NCBI GenBank assembly: GCA_965223505.1 | Contig: CBDCWP010000038.1 | Span: 230,055 to 294,054, forward strand | From: Planctomycetota bacterium | GTDB lineage: Bacteria; Planctomycetota; PLA2; JAEUHO01 | Direction of reading: 5' to 3' | Length of the DNA stretch: 64,000 nucleotides | Shown here: positions 50,401-60,944 of the stretch, piece after piece | Position numbering within the stretch: position 1 is the stretch's first letter | How the letters are laid out: each line of letters starts with the position of its first letter | Notes under the pieces: generated by a model | What the model saw: only the letters and a program-made list of their open reading frames with translations | Database searches by the model: none | Told to the model about the DNA's origin: nothing | Translations under genes and position numbers: made by a program

Positions 50401-51249
50401 GAAGGCGACATCCACGTCGAGCGTCTCGTGCTCGGTGACAATCCGAGCGGGAGCGGGCGGCTTGCGGGCATCTCCGGGCTGATCTCCGACATCCGGGTTC
50501 GCGACCTCGCCGCGCCGCTCTCGTGGCAGGACGGCATCTTCCGCGCCGACCCGATCACCGGATTCGTCGCGGACGGCGCGCTGCAGGGGAAGATCCTCGT
50601 CCACACACGCGCGCCGGTCGCCTACGAAGGGCAGGCGCGCGTCGATCAATTCGACGTCGCGCGGCTCGCCGAGGATCTGGCCCCCACCGGCGCGCCCTAC
50701 AAGGGCATCGGGACCGCGCACGTCACCTTCCAGAACCGTGGCGGCACGCTGCGCGATCTGACGGCCGCGGGCGCCGTCCACGTCCGTCGCGGCGCGCTCG
50801 GCGATCTCCCGTTCGTGGCCAACATCTTCGCGCTCGCGGATCGCGTGTTCGATACCGACGATCCGCCGAAGTTCGAACGCGCCGACGTCGAGTTCGTGCT
50901 GAAGGACGAGGTGTTCGAGCTTCAACGCATCGACCTGGCGGGTCCGCTGTTCGAGATGCCGGGCTCCGGCACCCTCGATCTCGCCGGCGTCATCGACCTG
51001 CGCTTCACGCCCGACTTCATCAAGTCCATGGCGGTGCCTGGCATGATGCAGATGCCGGTCGTCGGCGACGTGGTCGGCGGCATCCTCCGTGAGGAGCTCC
51101 TGTACGCGGTGCGCGTGCGCGGGGACCTGTCATCCGCCGACCCGGAGATCGTGCTCTTTCCGCTGCTGGGCGTCGAGTTCGGGCCGAGCTTCGAGGGCAC
51201 GGGCGCGCCGAAGCTCCCGAAGCGTCGTCTTCCGAAGTGGTTCCGCTGA
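47473..51249 (+). CDS. AsmA-like/YhdP-TamB superfamily large beta-rich envelope protein
   Basis: N-terminal TM anchor, about 1250 aa of amphipathic beta repeats, AsmA-like C-terminus (FERADVEF...GSGTLDLAG). Confidence 0.7.
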   Translation: MRVRRRYVQPILLIALVAGGTFAYRRAAQPEPRMLTDLAQEALEEIFGPNVQHGAVSLDLINGVVIRDLSVPSGVHLARSEDGDVESLAGLSAKTVEIRHDVLLLAAGHYHPTSIRIDGAQVITHETESGIEPAFPFTLPSGHDGGEFPAVRISDALVYYRSLPGSTRLRGGAVLVCRLEELAVVPKPNGKVDIRGAFYTRELGQDDARVEIAGEATPDTGAFEFSAQWDPLELTDALLAKLDEDLAAKLEQDSIQSGKLVLRVTKEPPGEAKLVAEWDADVTVRMDDLPGLEEIEAETRQQLQELFGVGAVTVVVDGDRVIIKSFESKLADGRVIATGWIQPEDGSLELHFEIRDLRLEKHDAVKAALGAEGAAVFEEFDASGLVTAFGKVTRSTEGQLNWEVDVELEKASFRYLGAKNAAGKREGFPYRVSDATGWVRIREDGVYFDDITGFNRGAEITVLGFKHNKAWTGGETGRIRFSDVGEDIRLTVVATNMAVDERLREAVAGSEFAGLLDEFQLGGVIDKVEVDIISIPNVDTTAKTEVRLTLEGEQFRYAPFPLPLEDVRGEIMLRRPVLASGERGRIYSFEVSGWAEGSPIEVRAKIVDHEDRGRLEVIAESLPLAGEVTQTILTSEVTEGGVAEAWRWLDPRGRAHVRASLPIGQDGRPMVIHADLNEATVFLDATASDAPLELTKLTGRISVLGDDIHLVKLRGTMAGAGVRLEGALNGGTSGAWDIRIVTEPVRLTRDVERGLAHLAEDDELLPGGFRFEPGGQLGLDVHLVRKDGPDETLRADLTATKFDVGLRAPDGVVLQLRGKRLDVKDDMLLVEDVVAQLPGMTAEIPHARIPVPDESAEGEAPALEGQFGLKIERLEPNDAFLELLPDDVRDLLSEWAASRLISTEGLRVDAPKGGPVTLRGDLSFIVPPGEPVGDGVLGRLSFAPLVIADTAEGQTLKGLVRLEGFSMTEAVDLKDLEGDIHVERLVLGDNPSGSGRLAGISGLISDIRVRDLAAPLSWQDGIFRADPITGFVADGALQGKILVHTRAPVAYEGQARVDQFDVARLAEDLAPTGAPYKGIGTAHVTFQNRGGTLRDLTAAGAVHVRRGALGDLPFVANIFALADRVFDTDDPPKFERADVEFVLKDEVFELQRIDLAGPLFEMPGSGTLDLAGVIDLRFTPDFIKSMAVPGMMQMPVVGDVVGGILREELLYAVRVRGDLSSADPEIVLFPLLGVEFGPSFEGTGAPKLPKRRLPKWFR

Positions 51250-51271
51250 CCATCTCGGGTACGGTTCGGCC

Positions 51272-52363
51272 ATGGCGAAGCGTCGAATGACGATTGCCGT
51301 CCTCGCGGGCGGTTCGGGCACCCGGTTCTGGCCTGCGGGCCGCGTAACGCGCCCGAAGCAGCTGCTCGCGCTGGACGGCGACGACGAGCGGCCGTTGCTG
51401 CTGGGCACCTACGAACGCGTGGCGTCGCTCGCCACGAACGCTCCCTGGATCATCGCGCCGAACGCGCTGGAGCGGCAGGTACGAGCGCTCATTCCCGCCC
51501 TGCGCGACGACGCGTTCATCGGCGAGCCCCGGCCGCGCAACACCGCGGCGGCCGTCGCGCTCGTCGCGTTGTTCGCGCGCGAGCGCGCGCCCGATCAGCC
51601 GGTCGTCGTGATTCCGGCCGACCATCACGTGCAGCCCGAGGGCGCCTATCGCCAGGCGTTGCGCGCGATGGCCGCCCGCGCCAAGCAGAGCACGTCGATC
51701 GTGACGTTGGGTCTCGAGCCGACGCGTCCGGCGACGGGCTACGGCTACCTGCAGCTTGGCGAGCAGACCGCGAGCCGCAAGATCGGCGCGTTCCACCGCG
51801 TCGAACGCTATGTCGAGAAACCGGACGGGCGCCAGGCCCGACAGCTCGTGCGCGACGGCAATCACCTCTGGAACGGCGGCACGTTCGCGTTTCGTCCCGA
51901 GACCTTCCTGCGCGAGTTCCACGTGCAGATGCCGGACGCCGCGAGAACGCTCGAAGACGCGTTTCGCAAGTACGGCGAGCGCGGGTTCGCCGCGGCGCTC
52001 GAGCGCGCGTACGACCAGCTCCCGAGCATCTCCGTGGACTTCGGCGTCATGGAGCAGGCGCGCGACGTCGAGGTGCTCGTGGCGTCGTTGGACTGGGACG
52101 ACCTGGGCAGCTGGGACGCGGTCGCGCGCCATCGACGGCCCGACGAGCGCGGCAACCGCGCGCGGGGCGACGTGACGTTGGTCGGCGCCAACAACTGCGT
52201 CGTCGACGTCGAAGAGGGACACGTCGCGCTGCTCGGCGTCAGCGATCTGATCGTCGTGCGCACGGAAGACACGGTGCTCGTCGCGCGCCGCGGCCGCGGC
52301 GAAGACGTGCGACAGGTGGTCGACGAGCTGAAGCGCGCGGGTCGCGAGGACCTCGTGAAGTGA
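51272..52363 (+). CDS. manC: Mannose-1-phosphate guanylyltransferase
   Basis: LAGGSGTRFWP, PKQLL, EPRPRNTA, PADH, TGYGY, WNGG, SVDFGVME, WDDLGSW. Confidence 0.93.
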   Translation: MAKRRMTIAVLAGGSGTRFWPAGRVTRPKQLLALDGDDERPLLLGTYERVASLATNAPWIIAPNALERQVRALIPALRDDAFIGEPRPRNTAAAVALVALFARERAPDQPVVVIPADHHVQPEGAYRQALRAMAARAKQSTSIVTLGLEPTRPATGYGYLQLGEQTASRKIGAFHRVERYVEKPDGRQARQLVRDGNHLWNGGTFAFRPETFLREFHVQMPDAARTLEDAFRKYGERGFAAALERAYDQLPSISVDFGVMEQARDVEVLVASLDWDDLGSWDAVARHRRPDERGNRARGDVTLVGANNCVVDVEEGHVALLGVSDLIVVRTEDTVLVARRGRGEDVRQVVDELKRAGREDLVK

Positions 52364-52782
52364 GCGGCGTCGCGGCGGTGGACTACGGCCGCAAGCGCAT
52401 CGGGCTGGCCGTGACGGATCCGATGCGGATCACCGTGAACGGTCTCGAAACCGTGCGCGGCGGACCCGATCCGCGCACCGCGGCGAAGCGGGTGGCCAAG
52501 GCGCTGGCGCCCCACGAGGTCGCCCTGATCGTGGTCGGGCTGCCGCTCCACCAGAGCGGCGACGAGAGCGAGATGTCCGCCGAGGCCCGCGAATTCGGGG
52601 ACGCGCTGGGGAACACGGCCGAGGTTCCCGTCGACTACTACGACGAAGGCCTCACGTCCTGGGCCGCCGAGAAGGCGCTGAAGGAGCGAGGAATCGATCT
52701 TCGGAAAGCCCGCAAGACGGGCGCGATCGACCGCGAGGCCGCCTGTGGCCTGCTGCGGGCCTGGCTCCGGGACCATCCCTGA
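52360..52782 (+). CDS. ruvX: YqgF/RuvX pre-16S rRNA nuclease
   Basis: AVDYGRKRIGLAVTD, VGLP, DEGLTS, IDREAA. Confidence 0.92.
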   Translation: MSGVAAVDYGRKRIGLAVTDPMRITVNGLETVRGGPDPRTAAKRVAKALAPHEVALIVVGLPLHQSGDESEMSAEAREFGDALGNTAEVPVDYYDEGLTSWAAEKALKERGIDLRKARKTGAIDREAACGLLRAWLRDHP

Positions 52783-52837
52783 GCCCCAGCCTCGAGGCCG
52801 AGGCCTGTTACGTGATTGGCGGGGACCCCCGCAAAAC

Positions 52838-52977
52838 TTGCTTGACGGGCCCACAGCGGGGGTACGCTTCCGCATTAAGAGAAGAATCTCGAAACAAAGA
52901 CAAATGTGATCCAACAGACCCCGGATGCGGGGGCGCCCGATGCGGCGCCTCTACGCCGGAGGTGACACGGAGGCCTG
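52838..52977 (+). promoter_or_regulatory. rpsO promoter and structured 5' leader
   Basis: TTGACG (52842)...TACGCT (52863); hairpin 52921-52959 with a GGGGCGCC/GGCGCCTC core; GGAGG SD at 52969. Confidence 0.55.
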
Positions 52978-53247
52978 ATGGCCGTCAAGAACCCCGACAA
53001 AGCGAAGATCATTGAAGAATTCCGTCTGGACGAGTCCGACACGGGCTCGACGCCGGTGCAGGTTGCGGTTCTCACGCACCGCATCAAGGCGTTGACGGAG
53101 CACCTCAAGAAGTTCAAGAAGGACCACTCCACGCGCCGCGGCTTGCTGCGCCTCGTGGGTCGTCGCTCCGCGATGCTTCGCTACTACGCTCGGACGAACC
53201 CCAATGGATACAAGGAGTTGATCCAGAGGTTGGGGCTGCGTCGGTAA
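52978..53247 (+). CDS. rpsO: 30S ribosomal protein S15
   Basis: DTGSTPVQVA, KKDHSTRRGLL, LGLRR. Confidence 0.98.
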   Translation: MAVKNPDKAKIIEEFRLDESDTGSTPVQVAVLTHRIKALTEHLKKFKKDHSTRRGLLRLVGRRSAMLRYYARTNPNGYKELIQRLGLRR

Positions 53248-53279
53248 GGCGCCGGAGGATCACGTAGCTAGGAGGACAG

Positions 53280-55592
<2,313 letters not shown>

Positions 55593-55617
55593 TCGCAACG
55601 ATCGGCAACGAACCACC

Positions 55618-55649
55618 GGGAAGGTGCGGGCTTCGGCTCGCACCTTCTC
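55618..55649. terminator. Strong hairpin between convergent pnp and kinase genes
   Basis: GGGAAGGTGCGGGC-TTCG-GCTCGCACCTTCTC with a cUUCGg tetraloop. Confidence 0.75.
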
Positions 55650-55655
55650 GCACTT

Positions 55656-58349
55656 CTAGCGCGGCAGCGCTCTCTCGAGCTCCTGGACGAACTCGAGATG
55701 GATGTCCAGGCGTCCGGTCGTCAGCCCCCATCCGCCGTCCACCATCACGAACCGCTTGCCGTCGCGCGTGACGTCGTAGTTCGCCCGGTCGTTGAAGCCG
55801 TCGACGAACTGACCCTCGAACAGTTTCTTGGGCTGTCCGGTGGGCTGCCCGTCTTCCGAGATCCGGACGACGAAGAGAGCCGGCCCATGGCGAAAGAAGA
55901 GCTCACGGCCGTCCTTGGACCAGACCGGCTCGTCGCCGCCTCCGTCCGACACCGCCTCCTTGGGCCCCAACGGATCGTACCGACGCACGTACACCTTCGG
56001 GCGTCCGGTCTCGTCTGACACGTACGCAATCCACTTTCGTTCAGGCGAAAGGACCGCTGCTTGATCGGAAGCGACGGTCTTGATGACTTCCCGGATCTCT
56101 TCGGTCTCCAGGTTGAGTTCCAGAACGTCGAAACCACGACCCGGCGCGACCTCGTGAAAGAGCACACGGTCTTCGGACCACTCGAGAGGCATTTGCATGC
56201 TGGGACGAGAAAGCAGCTCGCGCGGCTCCGACCCGATCGGCTGCATGATCCACAGGTTGCGCCGCGCGAACGATGTGAAGATCAATGCGTCGCCCGTCGA
56301 GGACCATACCGGCTGGACGAAGTTGCCTCCGCTCGTGATCTTCGTCGGACGGTTCAGCCCATCCTGAAACGTGATGGTCCAGATGTCGTGCCTCGCCATC
56401 TCGGTGTGATTCGCAAAGACGACTTTGGGCTCCGTCGGTGACAGGCGTGGGTACTCGTACCCCATGCCCTCGTGCAACGGTTCTTGATTGCCTTCGCGAT
56501 CGAGCCAGACGAGGCTCTTGCCGGGAGACGGGGGGCGGGCCGGTTCGTACACCAACACTCCGGCCGCAGAGAACGCGATGTTGGGATTGCCCAAGTCCGA
56601 GACCTGGATCCCCGTCACGACGCGTTTCGGATCTCCAGTCGTCGTCGCGGACGCGATGTCGACCCTCACGGCCCACAGCTCGTTCCCGCGCAGGTACACC
56701 AGGAAGCCGGTGGTCTTGGCGTCGGTCGAGGGCAGATACGTCGCGTTGGACCCCTGCACGGGGAGCGGGGTCGCCTCCCCGGAGTCCAAATCGAGAATGC
56801 GCGGCTGGAACCGCCCCCGCATGAACGCCGTGAAGAGCACGGCCTTGCCGCCGGGCAGGACCTGAGGCCACCGATGGTCGCGCTCGTGCTCACTGAGATG
56901 TGTGAGTCGGGTGCGTTCCTCGCCGATCGAACGCGTGAAGAAGAGGCCCTCGTCCTGGAGCGCGAACACGATCATGTCGTTTTCGCCCCAGCTGACCCCT
57001 CTGACGGTCTGCGCCGTATGGGAGATCGGGCGAACGGACCCGTCGGCCAACGTGATCTGGAACAAATCGACGCCGCCGTGCCGCGTAAAGGCGACGCGCT
57101 TGCCGTCGGGAGCGAAGAAGGGACTTGCCGCGCCGTCGGTCCCTTCGAGCGGTCGAACTTCGCGGTCGGGGGCGGTACGCAAGTAGAGGCGTCGCTCCCC
57201 GTCCGGGTTGCGGGCGGCGAAAACGACGCTTTGACCGTTCGGCGAGATGGCCAGCGGCGGCGACAGGCCGCTGGGCGTACCGAGATAGAGGGTCCGCGGC
57301 GGAGACGGCAGTGCGATCGAATAGCGTCGGATGTGCGGCCGCGGGTCGTCGACGGGCGCCGCTCTCGGCGCCACGGCCCATCCGATGGCCGCGCCGACCA
57401 CGGCCGTCAGGAGCAGCCCGACCAGCAGGTTCACCGGCGAGCGCTTCGTCTTCGGCGCGGTCTGCTGCTCGCCGGTGCGCCCCGCGAGTACGTCTTCGAG
57501 GACGACGCGGGCGTCGCCGATGTCCCGCAGGCGCTGCCGCGGATCCTTGCGCAGGCACCGTTCGATCAGTCGCCGAACCGGCGCCGGCGCCGCGCGAAGC
57601 CGCTCGACGTCCACGGATTCCGTCGCGATCGCGGCGAAGAGCGAACCGAGCGAGTCCGCATCGAAAGCGCGCTTTCCGGACAGGCACTCGTAGAGCACGC
57701 AGCCGAACGCCCAGATGTCGGCACGCCGGTCGATCGGCTTGCCCCCCACCTGTTCCGGGGCCATGTAGGTCGGCGTGCCGATCAACCGGCCGTCGTCCAT
57801 GGTGAGCGCGCTCTCGGGATCCGAACCGAGCAAGCTCGCCTCCGTCGGCTTCGCCAGCCCGAAGTCGAGGAGCTTGGCCACGCCCTCGGCCGTGACCCGT
57901 ACGTTCGCGGGCTTGAGATCGCGATGGACGACGCCGGCCTCGTGCGCCGCTTCGAGTCCCTCCGCGATGTCGCGGCCGATCCGTAGCGCGTCTTCAAGCG
58001 GCAGGGGCCCGCGCGCGAGTCGGTCCTCGAGTGACTCGCCCGGCACGAGCTCGAGTGACAGGAAGTGGGTGTCGTCGATGTGATCGACGGCGTAGATCTG
58101 CGCGATGTTGGAGTTGTTCAAAGCGGCGAGCGACTTCGCCTCGCGCTGGAAGCGCCCGAGCCGTTCCGGATTCGCGGCGAGGTCACGCGGCAGCACCTTG
58201 ATCGCCACCTCGCGTTCGAGGGTCGAGTCACGCGCGCGGTAGACCTGTCCCATAGCGCCCGCGCCGAGCGGTTCGAGAATCTCGTAGATGCCGAGGCGGC
58301 TCCCCGAGGTGAGCTCGTCGTTCTCCTGGGTGATGACGTTCCCCCCCAA
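55656..58349 (-). CDS. Hanks-type Ser/Thr protein kinase with TM and TolB-like beta-propeller
   Basis: LGAGAMGQVY, VAIK, HRDLKPAN, DFG, GTPTYMAPE; TM; PD40-like repeats (ISPNG, FAPDGK, WSKDG); start uncertain. Confidence 0.92.
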   Translation of the reverse strand: MGGNVITQENDELTSGSRLGIYEILEPLGAGAMGQVYRARDSTLEREVAIKVLPRDLAANPERLGRFQREAKSLAALNNSNIAQIYAVDHIDDTHFLSLELVPGESLEDRLARGPLPLEDALRIGRDIAEGLEAAHEAGVVHRDLKPANVRVTAEGVAKLLDFGLAKPTEASLLGSDPESALTMDDGRLIGTPTYMAPEQVGGKPIDRRADIWAFGCVLYECLSGKRAFDADSLGSLFAAIATESVDVERLRAAPAPVRRLIERCLRKDPRQRLRDIGDARVVLEDVLAGRTGEQQTAPKTKRSPVNLLVGLLLTAVVGAAIGWAVAPRAAPVDDPRPHIRRYSIALPSPPRTLYLGTPSGLSPPLAISPNGQSVVFAARNPDGERRLYLRTAPDREVRPLEGTDGAASPFFAPDGKRVAFTRHGGVDLFQITLADGSVRPISHTAQTVRGVSWGENDMIVFALQDEGLFFTRSIGEERTRLTHLSEHERDHRWPQVLPGGKAVLFTAFMRGRFQPRILDLDSGEATPLPVQGSNATYLPSTDAKTTGFLVYLRGNELWAVRVDIASATTTGDPKRVVTGIQVSDLGNPNIAFSAAGVLVYEPARPPSPGKSLVWLDREGNQEPLHEGMGYEYPRLSPTEPKVVFANHTEMARHDIWTITFQDGLNRPTKITSGGNFVQPVWSSTGDALIFTSFARRNLWIMQPIGSEPRELLSRPSMQMPLEWSEDRVLFHEVAPGRGFDVLELNLETEEIREVIKTVASDQAAVLSPERKWIAYVSDETGRPKVYVRRYDPLGPKEAVSDGGGDEPVWSKDGRELFFRHGPALFVVRISEDGQPTGQPKKLFEGQFVDGFNDRANYDVTRDGKRFVMVDGGWGLTTGRLDIHLEFVQELERALPR

Positions 58350-58427
58350 GCGCGAAGCGCAGAGCGTACGATCCCCGGCACGCGCGGGGCAAGGCGCCCT
58401 GGAAGGCCGAATCGTCCGCGATTCGTT

Positions 58428-59795
58428 TCAGCGCCGCTCGCGGCCGACCGCCGGCGGATGCCCCAAGTCCCCGCTCGACTTCGGATCGAGCTTCGGCGGG
58501 ATGCGCCACGTGTCCTCGCCGTCACGCCAGGGGTCGTGCGGCCCGCGCGCTTCGCGCTCGACCTCCGACAGCGGTTCCGCACAACACGGCTGCAACGGCG
58601 GCCGCTGCTTCTCGAGCGGCTTGTCGTCCGAGAGCGTCGTCAGGCCGCGTGCCGGCCGCGGTGTCACGATCCGCGCCCGCACCAACACCAGGAGCTCGGT
58701 ATCGATGCACTCCGAGTCCCGCGCCGACAGGAGCGCGTCGACCAGGGACAAGCCCTCGAGGCGCGGCAGGCCGCGACGGTTGCGTGTGTTGCGCCGCAGG
58801 TGCAGTCCGCCGATCAACAGCGGCTCCCGGTCTCTGACCGTCACACGCGTCGTCACCTGCCGGCTGCGCAGGTTGAGCTGCGAGACGGGCGCGTTCGGCT
58901 CCTCCGACGGCTCGGCGATGCGGAACCACAGGTCGAGATCCAGGACGGCATGGTCGTCGGCGACCCGAACGGGCGTGACCCGCAGGCGCACGCCGACCTC
59001 GCGGGTCGACGTCAGATCGATCGTCGGGTTCCCGTTGCTCACACGCACCTGGGGCTGCGGAAGCGACTCGGTGGCCGACATCTCGGCCGGCCGCCCCTCG
59101 ACGCACATCAGGTTCGGCCAGCCGAGGAAGTGGGCTTCCCCGCGCTTCGAGAGCATGCGCAGCGTCCATTCCCACGATCCGCCGAGGGTGTTGTCGTCGC
59201 CGAAGGTCAGGGTGGTGCCCTCGAAGGGCCGCACGCCCGTCACCGTCGACGCGAGATACGCGTCCGGATCGAAGTCGAGCGCGGTGCCGCGATAGAGCGT
59301 GCTGCCCGGGTTCGCCACGCCGTCCTTGTCGTAGAGCAGGTTGGCACCGCTGCCCTTGCTCTTGTGGGCGCTCACCTCCGACAAGAGAACCGACACGGAC
59401 ACCCCGCGTGTCGGCGCATCGAAACGCGCGAGCACGTTGCGCGCCTCCGCCAGCTGCGGGCGCGGTCCGGCGAGAAGGATGCGGCTATGGACCGGCGCGC
59501 CCGGCTTCTGCCGCGGCCCCGTCGGCAGCGGAACGACGCGCGGCAGCACCAGCTGCGCGGTCAGCACGCCTTGTTCGTACCCCTTCCTCCCCTTCATCCA
59601 GTCGTCGAGCTCGGCGAGCAGCTCGGACGCGGGCCGAAACTCGGGCTGAAAGATGTGCCGCACACGGTTCTCGCCCTCGAAGGCGGTGCGCGTCGGTGGG
59701 TGCCACTTCGGCGGAGGCCGCTTGGGCTCGTCGGCGTCCGCGTTCGGCGCGAGCAGCGCGACGAGGAGAGCGGAACACCGGAAAACGCTATGCAA
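58428..59795 (-). CDS. Short secretin (type II/III secretion outer-membrane) family protein
   Basis: Signal peptide, one N-domain-like segment (RILLAGPRPQLAEARNVLARFDAP), VSVLLSEV, EVGVRLRVTP, VTVRDREPLLIGGL, TELLVLVRARIV. Confidence 0.78.
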   Translation of the reverse strand: MHSVFRCSALLVALLAPNADADEPKRPPPKWHPPTRTAFEGENRVRHIFQPEFRPASELLAELDDWMKGRKGYEQGVLTAQLVLPRVVPLPTGPRQKPGAPVHSRILLAGPRPQLAEARNVLARFDAPTRGVSVSVLLSEVSAHKSKGSGANLLYDKDGVANPGSTLYRGTALDFDPDAYLASTVTGVRPFEGTTLTFGDDNTLGGSWEWTLRMLSKRGEAHFLGWPNLMCVEGRPAEMSATESLPQPQVRVSNGNPTIDLTSTREVGVRLRVTPVRVADDHAVLDLDLWFRIAEPSEEPNAPVSQLNLRSRQVTTRVTVRDREPLLIGGLHLRRNTRNRRGLPRLEGLSLVDALLSARDSECIDTELLVLVRARIVTPRPARGLTTLSDDKPLEKQRPPLQPCCAEPLSEVEREARGPHDPWRDGEDTWRIPPKLDPKSSGDLGHPPAVGRERR

Positions 59796-59823
59796 AGGAT
59801 GGACTCCGACTCGAGACGCGGAG

Positions 59824-60267
59824 CTACTTGAGGTTCTGGATCACCTCGTCCGTTCGCTCGGGAACGTCCTTCGCTTCCTTTTTCGCCTTGCTCACGGCGC
59901 CGTCTTCGGCGATCAGGTCGTGATCGAGATCGCGCGCGGTCTGCTTGACGGCCTCCGTGAAGCGGGCCGAGGCCTTCTTCATCAGGAAGTGGTAGCGAGC
60001 GTCTTTGTCGTCGAGCCCCTTCTTGACGATCTCCTTGTACTCGGGGATGTGACGGTAGACCTCGTCACTGGAGATCATCGCGGGTCTCTGGAACAGGCGG
60101 GCGTTGCCGTAGTAGACCTTCGTCGGGTCGGTGCATCGGTAATCGCCCACGCCGGCCGACGCCGTGCCGGTCAGCAGGGCAAGCACAGCGAGGAATGCGA
60201 CGGAGCCCCGCAGTGCGCGCAGCCCCCCCTTGATCGATTCGTGTCCGTCACTTGATTCCGCCCCCAC
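59824..60267 (-). CDS. Small secreted protein, Skp/OmpH-like with a shortened coiled coil
   Basis: Signal peptide; C-terminus AVKQTARDLDHDLI...TDEVIQNLK resembles the OmpH C-terminal pattern; start uncertain. Confidence 0.55.
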   Translation of the reverse strand: MGAESSDGHESIKGGLRALRGSVAFLAVLALLTGTASAGVGDYRCTDPTKVYYGNARLFQRPAMISSDEVYRHIPEYKEIVKKGLDDKDARYHFLMKKASARFTEAVKQTARDLDHDLIAEDGAVSKAKKEAKDVPERTDEVIQNLK

Positions 60268-60331
60268 GGAATGGCCACCGCCGCCGCCAGTGTATGCACG
60301 CTACCCCTCGTGTCAGGGGCTCACCTCATTG

Positions 60332-60357
60332 GACGAGCCACAAAGCGAAACGTTTCC
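60332..60357 (-). promoter_or_regulatory. Candidate ECF sigma factor promoter
   Basis: GGAAAC-N16-CGTC upstream of the Skp-like/secretin gene pair. Confidence 0.55.
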
Positions 60358-60640
60358 CTACTTCCGCCACAAAGTTTGGATGAGGTTCACCCGCGAGCGC
60401 GCCCGGGCGGGCACGCCACACACAGGAGGATGACCTCGCGGCGGAAGCTGGTCCAAATCGCGTGCCCGTCGAGGCCCGCTCCCCTTGGAGTCGGATCGAA
60501 TCGCGCTCGGTTGAGCGCTGGGCCCTGAATCTCGCGGTTTCGTTTCGTCGTTGCATGGCCAGGCGCGCAATTCCACGTGCGCTGCGGCTCGCATTCCGCC
60601 AGATTCCGCCCCATCGTCAGCTGCCTGCACGCGCCACGAA

Positions 60641-60679
60641 TCAAAAGGAGGCCCCGACCCTCGCGAGGATCGGAGCCCC
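60641..60679 (-). terminator. Intrinsic terminator
   Basis: Minus strand GGGGCTCCGATCCTC-GC-GAGGGTCGGGGCCTC followed by CTTTTGATT; the G-U pairs form only on this strand. Confidence 0.8.
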
Positions 60680-60849
60680 AGTGGAAAGCACCTGGCGGGG
60701 TTCAGGAAAAAAGGCCCGTCCGACCCGTTCCCGTTCGGCCTCGCGCCCTGTTCCCGCTTACCTCCGTCTTGGCCTGAGCCTAGTGGGTGGTGACCAGATC
60801 TTCCCGCGACCAGGACCACTCGAACCATTCGAGCGCCCGTGCCCCGGTA
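60641..60849 (-). ncRNA. Candidate ~200-nt structured non-coding RNA (family not recognised)
   Basis: Bounded by a TTGACT-N16-TAGAGT promoter and an intrinsic terminator; 5'/3' pairing GGGGCAC/GUGCUUU, GGCG/CGCC, GGUUC/GAACC; repeated GGA motifs; no credible ORF. Confidence 0.55.
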
Positions 60850-60855
60850 GCCCCC

Positions 60856-60938
60856 ACTCTATCGAAACTAACTAGTTAGTCAAGTTCACATTCCTGGTAA
60901 CTTTCCAGAAAGTCAATCGTCGGGATCGCGCGTAGGAT
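60856..60938. promoter_or_regulatory. Divergent promoters with two palindromic operators
   Basis: ACTAACTAGTTAGT (60867-60880) and ACTTTCCAGAAAGT (60900-60913), both AACT-N8-AGTCAA; minus-strand -35 at 60878-60883 and -10 at 60856-60861; plus-strand -10 TAGGAT at 60933-60938. Confidence 0.75.
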
Positions 60939-60944
60939 CACGGC

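Noticed and set aside
46273..50925. 1550-aa minus-strand ORF (and the 1218-aa plus-strand ORF at 46497)
   Set aside because: Shadows of alr and the AsmA-like gene
55656..58349. Anti-phage defence kinase system
   Set aside because: Architecture is an ordinary membrane receptor kinase and no defence genes are adjacent
60358..60828. 156-aa ORF in the long intergenic region
   Set aside because: It runs through a strong terminator, has no SD and has no protein-like composition or motifs
60641..60855. tRNA, tmRNA, SRP RNA or RNase P RNA
   Set aside because: No T-arm/CCA arrangement, no SRP GGAAGG-AGCAG motif, and too short for tmRNA or RNase P RNA
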